From NCBI GenBank assembly GCA_963843375.1, contig CAWJKT010000004.1, positions 320,001 through 384,000 on the forward strand: a stretch of 64,000 nt of DNA, given 5' to 3'. A program made the position numbers and the translations under genes. Origin of the DNA: an uncultured Pseudomonadota bacterium (GTDB taxonomy: Bacteria > Oederibacteriota > Muellerivitia > Muellerivitales > Muellerivitaceae). Below the pieces are notes generated by a model. The model was given only the letters and a program-made list of their open reading frames with translations. It made no database searches and was not told where the DNA came from. Shown in pieces: positions 1 to 8,581 of the stretch. The stretch's first letter is position 1. Every line of letters begins with the position of its first letter.

Positions 1-1273
1 TGGAGTCATTTCCCTCTTGCCCGTCGAATTGGTCATTCATGTAGGTTCGGCCCCTGGCTTCGCCATGGTTTTCTCATTGTTGATTTCCGCCATTATCTGG
101 AACGTTGGCACTTGGTATTTCGGTCTTCCCGCTTCCAGTTCCCATACTTTGTTTGGTTCCATCATGGGGGTGGGCTTGGCCAACGCAATGATGTCCCCAG
201 GCCACGTTTTCGGGGAAGGGGTCAACTGGGCCAAGGCCAAAGATATTGGTATGGCGCTTTTGATCTCACCGATTATCGGTTTCGTCTGCTCGGCCCTGTT
301 GCTTTTGATATGCAAAGCCCTTATCAAGCGCAAAGATCTTTACGAATCCCCTCTGAAGGACCAAGCTCCTCCCCTTTGGATCCGGATATTGCTGATTTTC
401 ACCTGCACGGGCGTCAGTTTCGCCCACGGTTCCAACGACGGACAAAAGGGAATGGGGCTAATCATGTTGATCCTGATCGGTATCGTTCCCGCAACTTTCG
501 CCGTGGACTTGAGCGCAAACGAGGCGGCCCTTAAGGATCTTTCGGCTACCACCCAGACCATCTCCTTTCAGATGGATAAGCTTTCTCCGGGAGCGGCCAT
601 GGCTGGCGGCCCTGTGGCGGACCAGTATATTTCCGATTACCTGAAACCCTCGGGCAAGCCCGCCCCGGATACTTTTGCGGCCATCGGCACCAAATGCCGA
701 GAGATTTCGGCGGCCTTGGAAGGTCACAAGAGCCTGACCGAATTGAATGGCGACCAACGCCGGGCCCTGCGCAACGACCTTTTCTTGGTTTCGGAATCGA
801 TGGGGAAAGCCACCAAGGCAAATTTGTTTACCGATCCGGACTTGAAGAAGGCGGCGGGGGACATGAAAAAACATATGGATAAGCTCACCAAGTTCATCCC
901 GATTTGGGTGAAGATCGCCGTCGCGCTGGCCTTGGGGCTGGGTACCATGATCGGCTGGAAGCGCATCGTGGTAACGGTGGGCGAAAAAATCGGGAAATCC
1001 CACCTGACCTACGCACAAGGGGCTTCCGCTGAACTTGTGACTTTCGCCACAATCGAGTTGGCGGATATCTATGGACTGCCAGTCAGCACGACCCATATTC
1101 TTTCTTCCGGTATCGCCGGCACCATGGCGGCCAATAAATCTGGACTCCAAGTGGAGACTCTACGCAATATTGTGATGGCTTGGGTTTTAACGCTGCCAGT
1201 CTGTATGCTTTTGGGCGCCGGGATCTTCTCCTTTATCCTGAACGTCGTCTTCAACCTTATTGGGGTGAAATAG
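1..1273 (+). CDS. Inorganic phosphate transporter, PiT family (5' end outside window)
   Basis: Frame is open from position 2 (GVISLLPVE...). Both PiT repeat signatures are present: GLPASSSHTLFGSIMGVG and SFAHGSNDGQKGMG...GLPVSTTHILSSGIAG. Confidence 0.93.
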   Translation, partial: GVISLLPVELVIHVGSAPGFAMVFSLLISAIIWNVGTWYFGLPASSSHTLFGSIMGVGLANAMMSPGHVFGEGVNWAKAKDIGMALLISPIIGFVCSALLLLICKALIKRKDLYESPLKDQAPPLWIRILLIFTCTGVSFAHGSNDGQKGMGLIMLILIGIVPATFAVDLSANEAALKDLSATTQTISFQMDKLSPGAAMAGGPVADQYISDYLKPSGKPAPDTFAAIGTKCREISAALEGHKSLTELNGDQRRALRNDLFLVSESMGKATKANLFTDPDLKKAAGDMKKHMDKLTKFIPIWVKIAVALALGLGTMIGWKRIVVTVGEKIGKSHLTYAQGASAELVTFATIELADIYGLPVSTTHILSSGIAGTMAANKSGLQVETLRNIVMAWVLTLPVCMLLGAGIFSFILNVVFNLIGVK

Positions 1274-1433
1274 AATAAAACCAAAACGATTTTCTACGCC
1301 AAAAAGCCAAGACGCTAGGAAGACCGAGAAACGAGAAACTGTTAGAACCGTCTCTGGTCCCGCCAAGTTAGGCGTGGGAAAGAGAATCTATAACTTCATT
1401 TCACTGGTCGAGCATTTGCCTTACGGCGCCAGC

Positions 1434-1661
1434 ATGATGCAAGAAAAGAAAGTGGCCCGGGTTACCATGGGGACCGGACTACTGGTTATGGCGGTGGGAG
1501 CCTCCATTTTCGCTTTTGGTTGGGGTCTGAAAATAACATGGCTGGTCGAAACCGCTTTCTTTATCACCCTTATCGGTTGGATGATGGTGATCATCGGCTT
1601 CGCCTTTTGGGCGGTCTCTTCTTTCGCTAAAAAGTTCCCCCCCAAATCAACCAAGCACTAA
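1434..1661 (+). CDS. Small membrane protein with two transmembrane helices, function unknown
   Basis: Two hydrophobic segments and a basic C-terminus. The ORF track starts at 1374; the ATG at 1434 or 1437 is a more likely start. Confidence 0.55.
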   Translation: MMQEKKVARVTMGTGLLVMAVGASIFAFGWGLKITWLVETAFFITLIGWMMVIIGFAFWAVSSFAKKFPPKSTKH

Positions 1662-1674
1662 ATCGTTTTTAATA

Positions 1675-1729
1675 ATTAATTAAAAGCTTAATTATTTTAA
1701 TTGACAATTAAGGTATAGCTTAATAATAT
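1675..1729 (+). promoter_or_regulatory. Sigma70 promoter overlapped by two palindromic operators (probable ArsR autoregulation)
   Basis: TTGACA at 1701-1706, 17-bp spacer, TAATAT at 1724-1729. Two ATTAA-N7-CTTAAT copies at 1675-1692 and 1707-1724. Confidence 0.75.
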
Positions 1730-1736
1730 TCTTTTC

Positions 1737-2078
1737 GTGAATCGAAGACCTGCCCATGCCGACGCATTTCAAGCCATTTCCCATCCCGCGAGGCGGAAAC
1801 TTCTGGAACTCCTCGAAAAGGGGGAACTCCCGGTATCGGAATTGACTAGAGATTTTCATGCCACAGCTCCAGCCCTTTCCCAGCATCTGACAGTCCTCAA
1901 GAAAGCCGGATTGGTGGAGGAAAGACGAATTGGGCGCCAAAGGATTTACCGCCTAACCCCCGGGCCCCTCAAAGAGGTGTCGGATTGGGTGGGGTCGCAT
2001 AAATCCTATTGGATCGTTAAGCTAGCGGTTTTGGGGCAGTATTTGCAGAAAACCCATGGGATCAAAAAACCTAACTGA
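1737..2078 (+). CDS. ArsR/SmtB family transcriptional regulator
   Basis: AFQAISHPARRKLLELL...ALSQHLTVLKKAGLVEERRIGRQRIYRL winged HTH; lies directly upstream of an SRPBCC gene, a common pairing. Confidence 0.92.
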   Translation: MNRRPAHADAFQAISHPARRKLLELLEKGELPVSELTRDFHATAPALSQHLTVLKKAGLVEERRIGRQRIYRLTPGPLKEVSDWVGSHKSYWIVKLAVLGQYLQKTHGIKKPN

Positions 2079-2140
2079 TATTCCGGTTGGCCATTTCAGG
2101 GGATTGGCATTGGCGCTCGGAATGACTCAAGGGAGGAAAT

Positions 2141-2629
2141 ATGGCGAAGATCGAACTGGAAGCTTTTTATCCTTATCCGATTGAGCATGTTTGGAGCGCG
2201 CTTACTGAACCGGAGGCCCTTTACCAATGGCTTATGGAAAACGAGAGTTTCAAACCAGTGGTTGGGCAGAAATTTAAATTTAGGGCGAAACCTATGGCCG
2301 GTTGGGATGGAATCGCCCGTTGTGAGATTTTGGAAGTGGATAAGCCTCACAAGCTTTCTTGGAGCCAGTGCGGCAACGACGAGGGAAAGGATCCCTTCCA
2401 CATTACTTGGACACTTAAAGTTGAAGGTACCGGTACTCGCCTGACCCTCGTGCATGACGGCTTGAAGGGTTTACGGGGATTTGTGTTGAAAAAAATCATG
2501 GGTCCTGGTTGGAAGCGAATGTTCGATCACCGAATTCCAATGGTCTTGGAATACACCTTACAGAAGGGCTGGCACAGTTTTCCCGAAGGGCGGAGGTTGA
2601 TTCCGCAGGATTGTTCTCATAAGTCATAA
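2141..2629 (+). CDS. SRPBCC/AHSA1 (START-like) domain protein
   Basis: VWSALTEPEALYQWLM...CEILEVDKPHKLSWS...TWTLKVEGTGTRLTLVH...GW; strong SD GGGAGG. Confidence 0.88.
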   Translation: MAKIELEAFYPYPIEHVWSALTEPEALYQWLMENESFKPVVGQKFKFRAKPMAGWDGIARCEILEVDKPHKLSWSQCGNDEGKDPFHITWTLKVEGTGTRLTLVHDGLKGLRGFVLKKIMGPGWKRMFDHRIPMVLEYTLQKGWHSFPEGRRLIPQDCSHKS

Positions 2630-2747
2630 TTGGAAAATTGAATCAAACTGGAATTGGCTTTTGGGGACTTCAGTAAAGCAAAGGTTTTTTTCCTCGCCCG
2701 GGGGATTCAGCACAGGGACCCCGCGAGGGTAGCCCTACCACATCTCT

Positions 2748-4046
2748 CTAGGGAGCTGTTGAGGAGCGCTGAATTGAAATACTCCGGATAGCTTTCCCAT
2801 TCTCGAAAAAAACCACGAAATACTGGCCCACAGGCATATCCCGTCCCTGGTTATCCTTCCCGTCCCATTCCACCCAGGCGTCGTCTTCCGAAACAACGCG
2901 CCGGTTAAAAACGATCCTCACCGCTTTTGCCCGAGTATCGACGATTTCCAACTGGTACAGTCCCGGACCGTCGGCGAAAGACACGTAGATTTCGGCGGGA
3001 GAAGTGCCAAATACAATTTTATGTTCTTTATCCAAATTCGGAAGCCATGTGGTGCTAGCCGGAGCCGCCGTTTGGGAGACCTTTCGGGGTAAGGGAGTCC
3101 AGGTCCAAATGGGCAAGGGTTTGGGAGTTGAGGTGGGTCGGATTATTACATTTTGAATAGGAAGATTTACCGAAGGTTGAGGTTGTTGCGGAGGAAGGGG
3201 AAGGGGAGCGATGACGGGCCGCATAACTGGGGTCGGCCAGGAACGAGGGATGGAAACGGGGGTTGAGGTTGGCCAAGGGGTAAAGGTGGGGATATGCGTC
3301 CAACTCATAGTAGGGGTGGCAGTAGGCCAGGGTGCTAAGGTGGGTGTTTTTGTAAAGATAGGAGTCGGGGTTAAATAAATAACAGCAGTGGAAGTGGGAA
3401 CAAGACCGGGTAATTCCGCTACTTGACGCCAGTAGAGAATGCCGCAACCCTGGTAGGGACCGGCTCCTGCTCCTGAGGCGTCATGTGAGGCAAAATGAAG
3501 GGTGGCGCCGGATAGGTCGCTATTAATTTGAACGGCGGTTCCAGTGTAGGCGGTGACGAAAGTGCCGGAAAGGGTGAATGGGTTGTGGGCCGGATTGTAC
3601 TGGGGATCCATCCAGTTATGGCCTTGGGAATCCGAGAGGGGAGGCGCTCCTTGCCCGCAATTGAATCCTCCCGTTGGGTCCCAATAAAGGGCGGTTGGCG
3701 CTTTAAATGTTTCCTCGTTATTCACTATGAAAGTGGCTCCCTGGCAATCCACTTCCAATTCCCAAGAACTGTAAACCATCGGAGGGTTGAGAGTAGTCGT
3801 CTCCAAGGCTAGGCAAACCCTTGGGTTTTGAAGTAGCTTTAATGGCACGGGAAGGCAAAGATGGGAACCATCGCAGCCGTCGGAAGAAGCGCAGTATTCC
3901 TTAGAGCCTACGTAATAACCATTCACCCAGACCTGAGTGGTATCGTCTCCCGACACGCATATTTGGGCGGAAACGGGAATACATTGGGCGAAAAGCGATA
4001 GGGGAAATCCTGCCATGAGTGCCAGGGTCAAGAATACTTTTCTCAT
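2748..4046 (-). CDS. Secreted protein: Cys-containing N-terminal domain, Pro/Thr-rich linker, C-terminal FlgD-Ig-like domain
   Basis: Signal peptide MRKVFLTLALMAGFPLSLFA; repeated PT/WPT tract; C-terminus YQLEIVD...WDGKDNQGRDMPVGQYFV. Confidence 0.75.
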   Translation of the reverse strand: MRKVFLTLALMAGFPLSLFAQCIPVSAQICVSGDDTTQVWVNGYYVGSKEYCASSDGCDGSHLCLPVPLKLLQNPRVCLALETTTLNPPMVYSSWELEVDCQGATFIVNNEETFKAPTALYWDPTGGFNCGQGAPPLSDSQGHNWMDPQYNPAHNPFTLSGTFVTAYTGTAVQINSDLSGATLHFASHDASGAGAGPYQGCGILYWRQVAELPGLVPTSTAVIYLTPTPIFTKTPTLAPWPTATPTMSWTHIPTFTPWPTSTPVSIPRSWPTPVMRPVIAPLPLPPQQPQPSVNLPIQNVIIRPTSTPKPLPIWTWTPLPRKVSQTAAPASTTWLPNLDKEHKIVFGTSPAEIYVSFADGPGLYQLEIVDTRAKAVRIVFNRRVVSEDDAWVEWDGKDNQGRDMPVGQYFVVFFENGKAIRSISIQRSSTAP

Positions 4047-4165
4047 TCGATTTAAAGCCTCTTTTGGATCTTCGTTAATTTTAATTTAAGAAGGACATAT
4101 TAACCGCTTTAAAGCGGGGATGATATAATTCCCGGGACTTCCTAAATTACTATGGAGTACCCTGA

Positions 4166-4405
4166 TTGAAAAAGAACATTTTCATTGGTTTAATGTTCAG
4201 CGGGATGGGAATTCTGTTATTTCTGCAATCCTGCAAAGTTAGTAATGATAATCCCACCCTGCCTTTGCCGGTCCCCACAGCTACTCTGACGGGAACCCCT
4301 ACCAACACTCCGACCGTCACCAATACCCCCCGGCCAACCCATACTCCAACTAACACCCCCACCCCAACTGTTACTAACACTCCGACACCTACCGCCACGC
4401 CCTAA
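4166..4405 (+). CDS. Small lipoprotein made almost entirely of Thr-Pro repeats
   Basis: MKK + hydrophobic stretch + lipobox LQSC, then TPTNTPTVTNTP... to the stop; SD GGAG upstream of the TTG start. Confidence 0.7.
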   Translation: MKKNIFIGLMFSGMGILLFLQSCKVSNDNPTLPLPVPTATLTGTPTNTPTVTNTPRPTHTPTNTPTPTVTNTPTPTATP

Positions 4406-4413
4406 ACTAAACG

Positions 4414-4821
4414 ATGGCGGGTTACTCGGGGACACCCCTGATCCAAAAATTGGGCCTAAAAAGGGGTTTTCAACTATTGGTCATCCATGCACCTAAAGAT
4501 TATTTTAAGTGGTTAGGCAAGCTTCCCGAGGACACCAAAGTGGTTTCCGGGTTCCAAAAACAGTTGGATTTCATCCACTTTTTCGCACAAAACCGGAGCG
4601 AATACGAAAAACAATTGCCCAAACTGAAAAAAGCTCTGGCGCAGGACGGCATGATTTGGGTGTCCTGGTCTAAGATCGCTTCAAAAGTGCCCACGGACGT
4701 GACGGAAAAGGTGGTCCGGGACACCGCGTTGAGAAATGGTTTGGTGGATGTGAAAGTTTGTGCCGTGGACCGGACATGGTCGGGATTGAAGTTCGTCATT
4801 GCACTGAAAGACAGGAAATAA
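4414..4821 (+). CDS. DUF3052 family protein
   Basis: MAGYSGTPLIQKLGLK...GMIWVSW...GLVDVKVCAVDRTWSGLKFVI matches the family pattern. Confidence 0.85.
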   Translation: MAGYSGTPLIQKLGLKRGFQLLVIHAPKDYFKWLGKLPEDTKVVSGFQKQLDFIHFFAQNRSEYEKQLPKLKKALAQDGMIWVSWSKIASKVPTDVTEKVVRDTALRNGLVDVKVCAVDRTWSGLKFVIALKDRK

Positions 4822-5658
4822 TTGCCAACCATTTCTCGTTGCTCCAGCGCGGAAGATTTCCTGGTGAAAGCTGGAAATTGGCTCGCCCAAAAAGAAGTTC
4901 AGAACAATAGTTGCCTGATTGTCGCTTCCAACCTGATCTCCAAGCCCGCATCGGAACGCCAGGAACATTATTTTTGGCTGGTCGAGCGGGAAGGCGAGAT
5001 TGTTGGAACCTCATTTTGGACCCCACCTTATAAATTAATCGTCAGTGAAATGGAAAAAGAATCCCTCCTTGCCCTGGCTAACGATGTTCGTGACAGTCAT
5101 CCGAATATACCAGGAGTGGGAGGACCCAAGGAATCCGCCAAGCATTTTTCTCATTTCTGGAATTTGAAAACCCAAAAATCACCCTTATTGGAGCATTCCA
5201 TGCGGATTTACCAACTGGAAAAAGTCGAGACCATTTCAAAGAGTCCGGGTAGCCATCAACCAGCCCAAGGAAAAAACCTGGATTTTCTAACGGAATGGTT
5301 TCGACAGTTTCACGCGGAAATCCGAGCTTCCGAGGAATTGGACCTGCGGAACATAGCGGAGAATTACATTCGTGAACAAAGGTTGTTTGTCTGGGATGAC
5401 GAGGGATACCGTGCTATGGCGGCTTACGCCGGGAGCACCTTAAACGGAGTCCGGTTGAACATGGTCTATACCCCGTCTGAATTTCGGGGAAAGGGTTATG
5501 CCACGTCCTTAGTGGCGGCGCTCAGTCAAAGTCTTTTAGATTCAGGAAAAAAGTTTTGCTGTCTATACACCGATCTTTTAAACCCCACCTCCAATAACAT
5601 CTATCAAAAGATCGGATACAAGCCGGTTTGTGATTGGAATGTTTATAAGTTTAAGTGA
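4822..5658 (+). CDS. GNAT family N-acetyltransferase
   Basis: C-terminal motif A VYTPSEFRGKGYATSLV and LYTDLLNPTSNNIYQKIGY; start codon abuts the upstream stop. Confidence 0.9.
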   Translation: MPTISRCSSAEDFLVKAGNWLAQKEVQNNSCLIVASNLISKPASERQEHYFWLVEREGEIVGTSFWTPPYKLIVSEMEKESLLALANDVRDSHPNIPGVGGPKESAKHFSHFWNLKTQKSPLLEHSMRIYQLEKVETISKSPGSHQPAQGKNLDFLTEWFRQFHAEIRASEELDLRNIAENYIREQRLFVWDDEGYRAMAAYAGSTLNGVRLNMVYTPSEFRGKGYATSLVAALSQSLLDSGKKFCCLYTDLLNPTSNNIYQKIGYKPVCDWNVYKFK

Positions 5659-5680
5659 TGGAAATTTATTCGGACTTTAT

Positions 5681-5773
5681 AAATAAAAAGGCCGCACGCT
5701 CCGGAATTCCGGAGATCAGGGGCTCACCCAACTGTTTGTGATAGTGGCCCTTACTCTGAAGGACGGTGCGACC
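5681..5773 (-). ncRNA. Candidate small structured RNA (multi-stem, ends in a U tract), family not recognised
   Basis: Minus strand: closing stem GGUCGCAC/GUGCGGCC, internal hairpins GUCCUU/AAGGGC and CUCCGG/CCGGAG, followed by UUUUUAUUU. Possible promoter TTGTGA-17bp-AAAGAT at 5809-5781. Confidence 0.45.
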
Positions 5774-6075
5774 TGTTGTTATCTTTCTCCAAAAGCCGCT
5801 TCTTCACAAGATAAATTCTTGTAAATAAAATATTTCACACGCATAAAATAGACCACTTCCTTGTGGATAAGTCCAAAAAAATAATTTATTTGGGAAAAGG
5901 TTTCAAACGTTACGAATTCTTTTTTGGTTTAAGTGAAAGATTTTGAATGAGGATGTTTAAAATAAATTTCCGCCGAAATCAAAATGAAATTGATCATTTA
6001 TGGCAGGATTGAACGAAATGAAGCGACCGGCCAAAGGTTGGAATCCCGAGCAGAAACCGGAGAACTGGCGCGGGA

Positions 6076-7056
6076 TCAGGCTTGAGGCGGCTTTTCGTCC
6101 GTTGGTTTTTGGGTTTCTTGAACAAGAAAAAGAGTGCCCCAAACCTTTCCAGAGGGGCTGACCCCGGAGGAACTATCCAGCCGAAAACGTTTCGGCTTGT
6201 TGTTCCAATTTGTGTCCAAATATTCCCGCTTCAATTCCTGCCTGTTTTTGATGGAATTAGCCATAAGTTCGCCGATATCCCCCAAGGGGGTGCCTTTTGA
6301 GAAAAGATAAACATTGGATAGGCTCTTGGGGTTCACGTCCAGGATCTTCCCAACGCGGGCATTCACGAAAATGGTGAAACCCTCGATCGAAACCGCGATT
6401 GCACCGATGGGGAGGGTATCCAGGACATTTTTCAAGGTGGCGGCATATTCCAGGGCGGCCTGGTCTCCTTCCCTCACCCTTTCGGTGAGAAGACTGGCTT
6501 TACGAGCCAGTTCCACGATTTCTTTTTCCTCCTGGACGGTGCGGTAGGCTAAGTACCCGGAATGGACCGCTACTACGAACAGTAAGGCGCAGGAAAGAAA
6601 GAGGATAGGATCGTAATAATTGAAATGATCGCTTTTGTAATAAATTAAATAAACATAAAGGGCCACGACCGCGATGGAAACAAAGATGCTGCGGCCCACC
6701 GATTGACTCAAAGCGGAAATAAAAAAAGTGAGGAAAACCAAGATTAAAAGATTCGTTTCGAAACGGTCGAAAAAATAGACTCCGGCTAGTAAAAACCCAA
6801 AGTCCATGGAAAAAACGATGTATTGGAAACGAACCTTCTCAAATTTTTCCGCCGCCAGGAAGTAAAAGGGAATAAAAGTCGCCGCCAACACCAAAGCGTA
6901 AGCCTCTGCCAACATTTTTTGATCCGGATGGGTTTGAAGGAAAAAGTAAGCGAAGCAAAGAAGAATGAGGGCCAGAAGCAGGCGAATCAGGAAGATGTTT
7001 TTCTTAACCTGGGGTGTGGCTTGTTGGAGTCCCCTCATGGTAGCCTTGGCCTCCAT
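6076..7056 (-). CDS. Membrane protein with a coiled coil and a C-terminal PAS-like domain (no kinase domain)
   Basis: About 5-6 TM helices, then LKNVLDTLPIGAIAVSIEGFTIFVNARVGKIL (PAS start); ends after GTLFLVQE. Confidence 0.75.
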   Translation of the reverse strand: MEAKATMRGLQQATPQVKKNIFLIRLLLALILLCFAYFFLQTHPDQKMLAEAYALVLAATFIPFYFLAAEKFEKVRFQYIVFSMDFGFLLAGVYFFDRFETNLLILVFLTFFISALSQSVGRSIFVSIAVVALYVYLIYYKSDHFNYYDPILFLSCALLFVVAVHSGYLAYRTVQEEKEIVELARKASLLTERVREGDQAALEYAATLKNVLDTLPIGAIAVSIEGFTIFVNARVGKILDVNPKSLSNVYLFSKGTPLGDIGELMANSIKNRQELKREYLDTNWNNKPKRFRLDSSSGVSPSGKVWGTLFLVQETQKPTDEKPPQA

Positions 7057-7114
7057 TTTTAATAGAGAATTTTTATTGATGGATGAACAATATTTATCAT
7101 ACGGCAGGGTAAAG

Positions 7115-8029
7115 ATGGTGAAAAGCCAAAAGACAGCCTATCCCCTCAGTGTTTGGCTGGCGCTAGGTTGTGTTTATGTGGTTTGGGGTTCCACCTATCT
7201 TGCCATCCGTTTCGCCATCGCCACGATTCCCCCATTTCTGATGGCGGGTACCCGATTCCTTTCCTCAGGACTTTTATTATTTTTTTTGACGCAATGGAAA
7301 AGTTATCAATGGCCTTCGTTCCGCCATTGGCGGTCCGCCGCCGTCATCGGTTTTTTTTTGATCCTAGTGGCCAATGGTGGAGTGAGCTGGGTTGAACAAA
7401 AAGTTCCCTCTGGCATCACGGCCCTATTGGTCGGGACGGTTCCCCTTTGGATGGTGGTTTTGGAATGGGCCGGCAAAGAAGGGCAAAGACCCCGGCTTTC
7501 AACCTGGGGTGGTGTTTTTTTAGGAATGTTGGGTATTTTTCTTTTGGTCTTTTCCCGTAGGAGTCCGGGAGAGCTTCAAGTGAATCCATGGGGAGTGGCT
7601 TGTCTGCTTTTCACATCCTTAGCCTGGGCCTATGGGTCGCTTTACGCGAGATCAGCCTCGTTGCCTTCTTCGGCCCTTTTAGCCACATCCATGGAAATGA
7701 TTGCGGGCGGGGTGATGCAACTGTTTGTGGGTTTAGGGTTAGGAGAAACCTCTCAATTTCACTTGGCCCAATTAACATCCGCTTCCATCGAGGCCTGGGT
7801 TTATTTGACTTTGATCGGGTCTCTCGTGGGTTTTACCTCCTATATTTGGGTCCTTTGGAAATCCACGCCTGAATTGGCCGCTACTTACGCTTTCGTAAAT
7901 CCAGTCATCGCGGTTTTACTGGGCTGGCTTTTTGCGGGTGAATCTCTCACGCCGTCGATTTTCCTTTCCACGGTCCTCATTGTGGCGGCCGTTGTTTTGA
8001 TTACCCTTAATCGGCCGCAGAAAAAGTAG
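7115..8029 (+). CDS. EamA/DMT family transporter (YedA-like)
   Basis: VYVVWGSTYLAIRFA...PPFLMAGTRF...YAFVNPVIAVLLG; ten TM helices. Start moved from 6965 to the ATG at 7115 to avoid overlap with the divergent gene. Confidence 0.92.
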   Translation: MVKSQKTAYPLSVWLALGCVYVVWGSTYLAIRFAIATIPPFLMAGTRFLSSGLLLFFLTQWKSYQWPSFRHWRSAAVIGFFLILVANGGVSWVEQKVPSGITALLVGTVPLWMVVLEWAGKEGQRPRLSTWGGVFLGMLGIFLLVFSRRSPGELQVNPWGVACLLFTSLAWAYGSLYARSASLPSSALLATSMEMIAGGVMQLFVGLGLGETSQFHLAQLTSASIEAWVYLTLIGSLVGFTSYIWVLWKSTPELAATYAFVNPVIAVLLGWLFAGESLTPSIFLSTVLIVAAVVLITLNRPQKK

Positions 8030-8240
8030 TTTTTCATCTTTTTGATCCCGGCTTTTGAATTTGGAAAACCTAAATTAAGGAAAATCCTGCCGGGATAGCC
8101 CCCCAGATGCCCGCCCAGATTAAGGGAAAATCCTTTTAAGGGAGCAGTGTAATAAGAACTTCCACCATGATTTTCAAGGCACAAGCTCAGTAAAACAGGC
8201 CAACCGTTTTTTAGGGTTTATCCGGGAGCTGAATGGGGAG

Positions 8241-8510
8241 TATAATGAAATTAAGAAAGAAAGTTCTTATAAGCTTTTTTTCCAGGGCAGCGGCTCCGTC
8301 AATGGAAGGCTAATTGGCGGTAAAAACAGACCACTTGTCCTTCAAGGTAGGGAACGCTGGATACATTAGCTTCCGCTACACCCGGACCTTGCGCGAATGC
8401 GTGAGTAGTTCCTGAAAGAACGCGAACGGGTCCAAAACTCCGGTTTTGTTGAGAAGTTTCAATGGATGTGGGTTTGCCCTTTTCCTAATGGCGAGCGGTT
8501 TTTTTAACCG
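8241..8510 (+). promoter_or_regulatory. TATAAT -10 element and long structured 5' leader of the desaturase gene
   Basis: TATAAT at 8241-8246; stems GGAAGGCTAAT/ATTAGCTTCC and GGACC/GGTCC, plus a hairpin followed by a T run at 8472-8505. Confidence 0.4.
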
Positions 8511-8581
8511 GTTGCCAAATAGTTTTCAAATGGGCCGATCCGTCCTAGTTGTAAAAATTGATTCGTGAGGTGTCTTAAGAT

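Noticed and set aside
2693..2747. GTAG-type REP-like hairpin after the SRPBCC gene
   Set aside because: Imperfect and single-copy in the window, with no RAYT transposase nearby.
5690..5773. TPP riboswitch, pistol ribozyme or tRNA identity for the structured RNA
   Set aside because: CCUGAUC...GCGU and GGGCCAC...GCCC give only partial resemblance. The TPP UGAGA, the pistol P1 stem and a tRNA T-loop and CCA end are all absent.
5800..5960. Perfect DnaA box (TGTGGATAA, 5862-5870) in AT-rich DNA as a possible oriC
   Set aside because: Only one good box, no cluster, and no dnaA/dnaN/gidA-type neighbours; at most a regulatory site.
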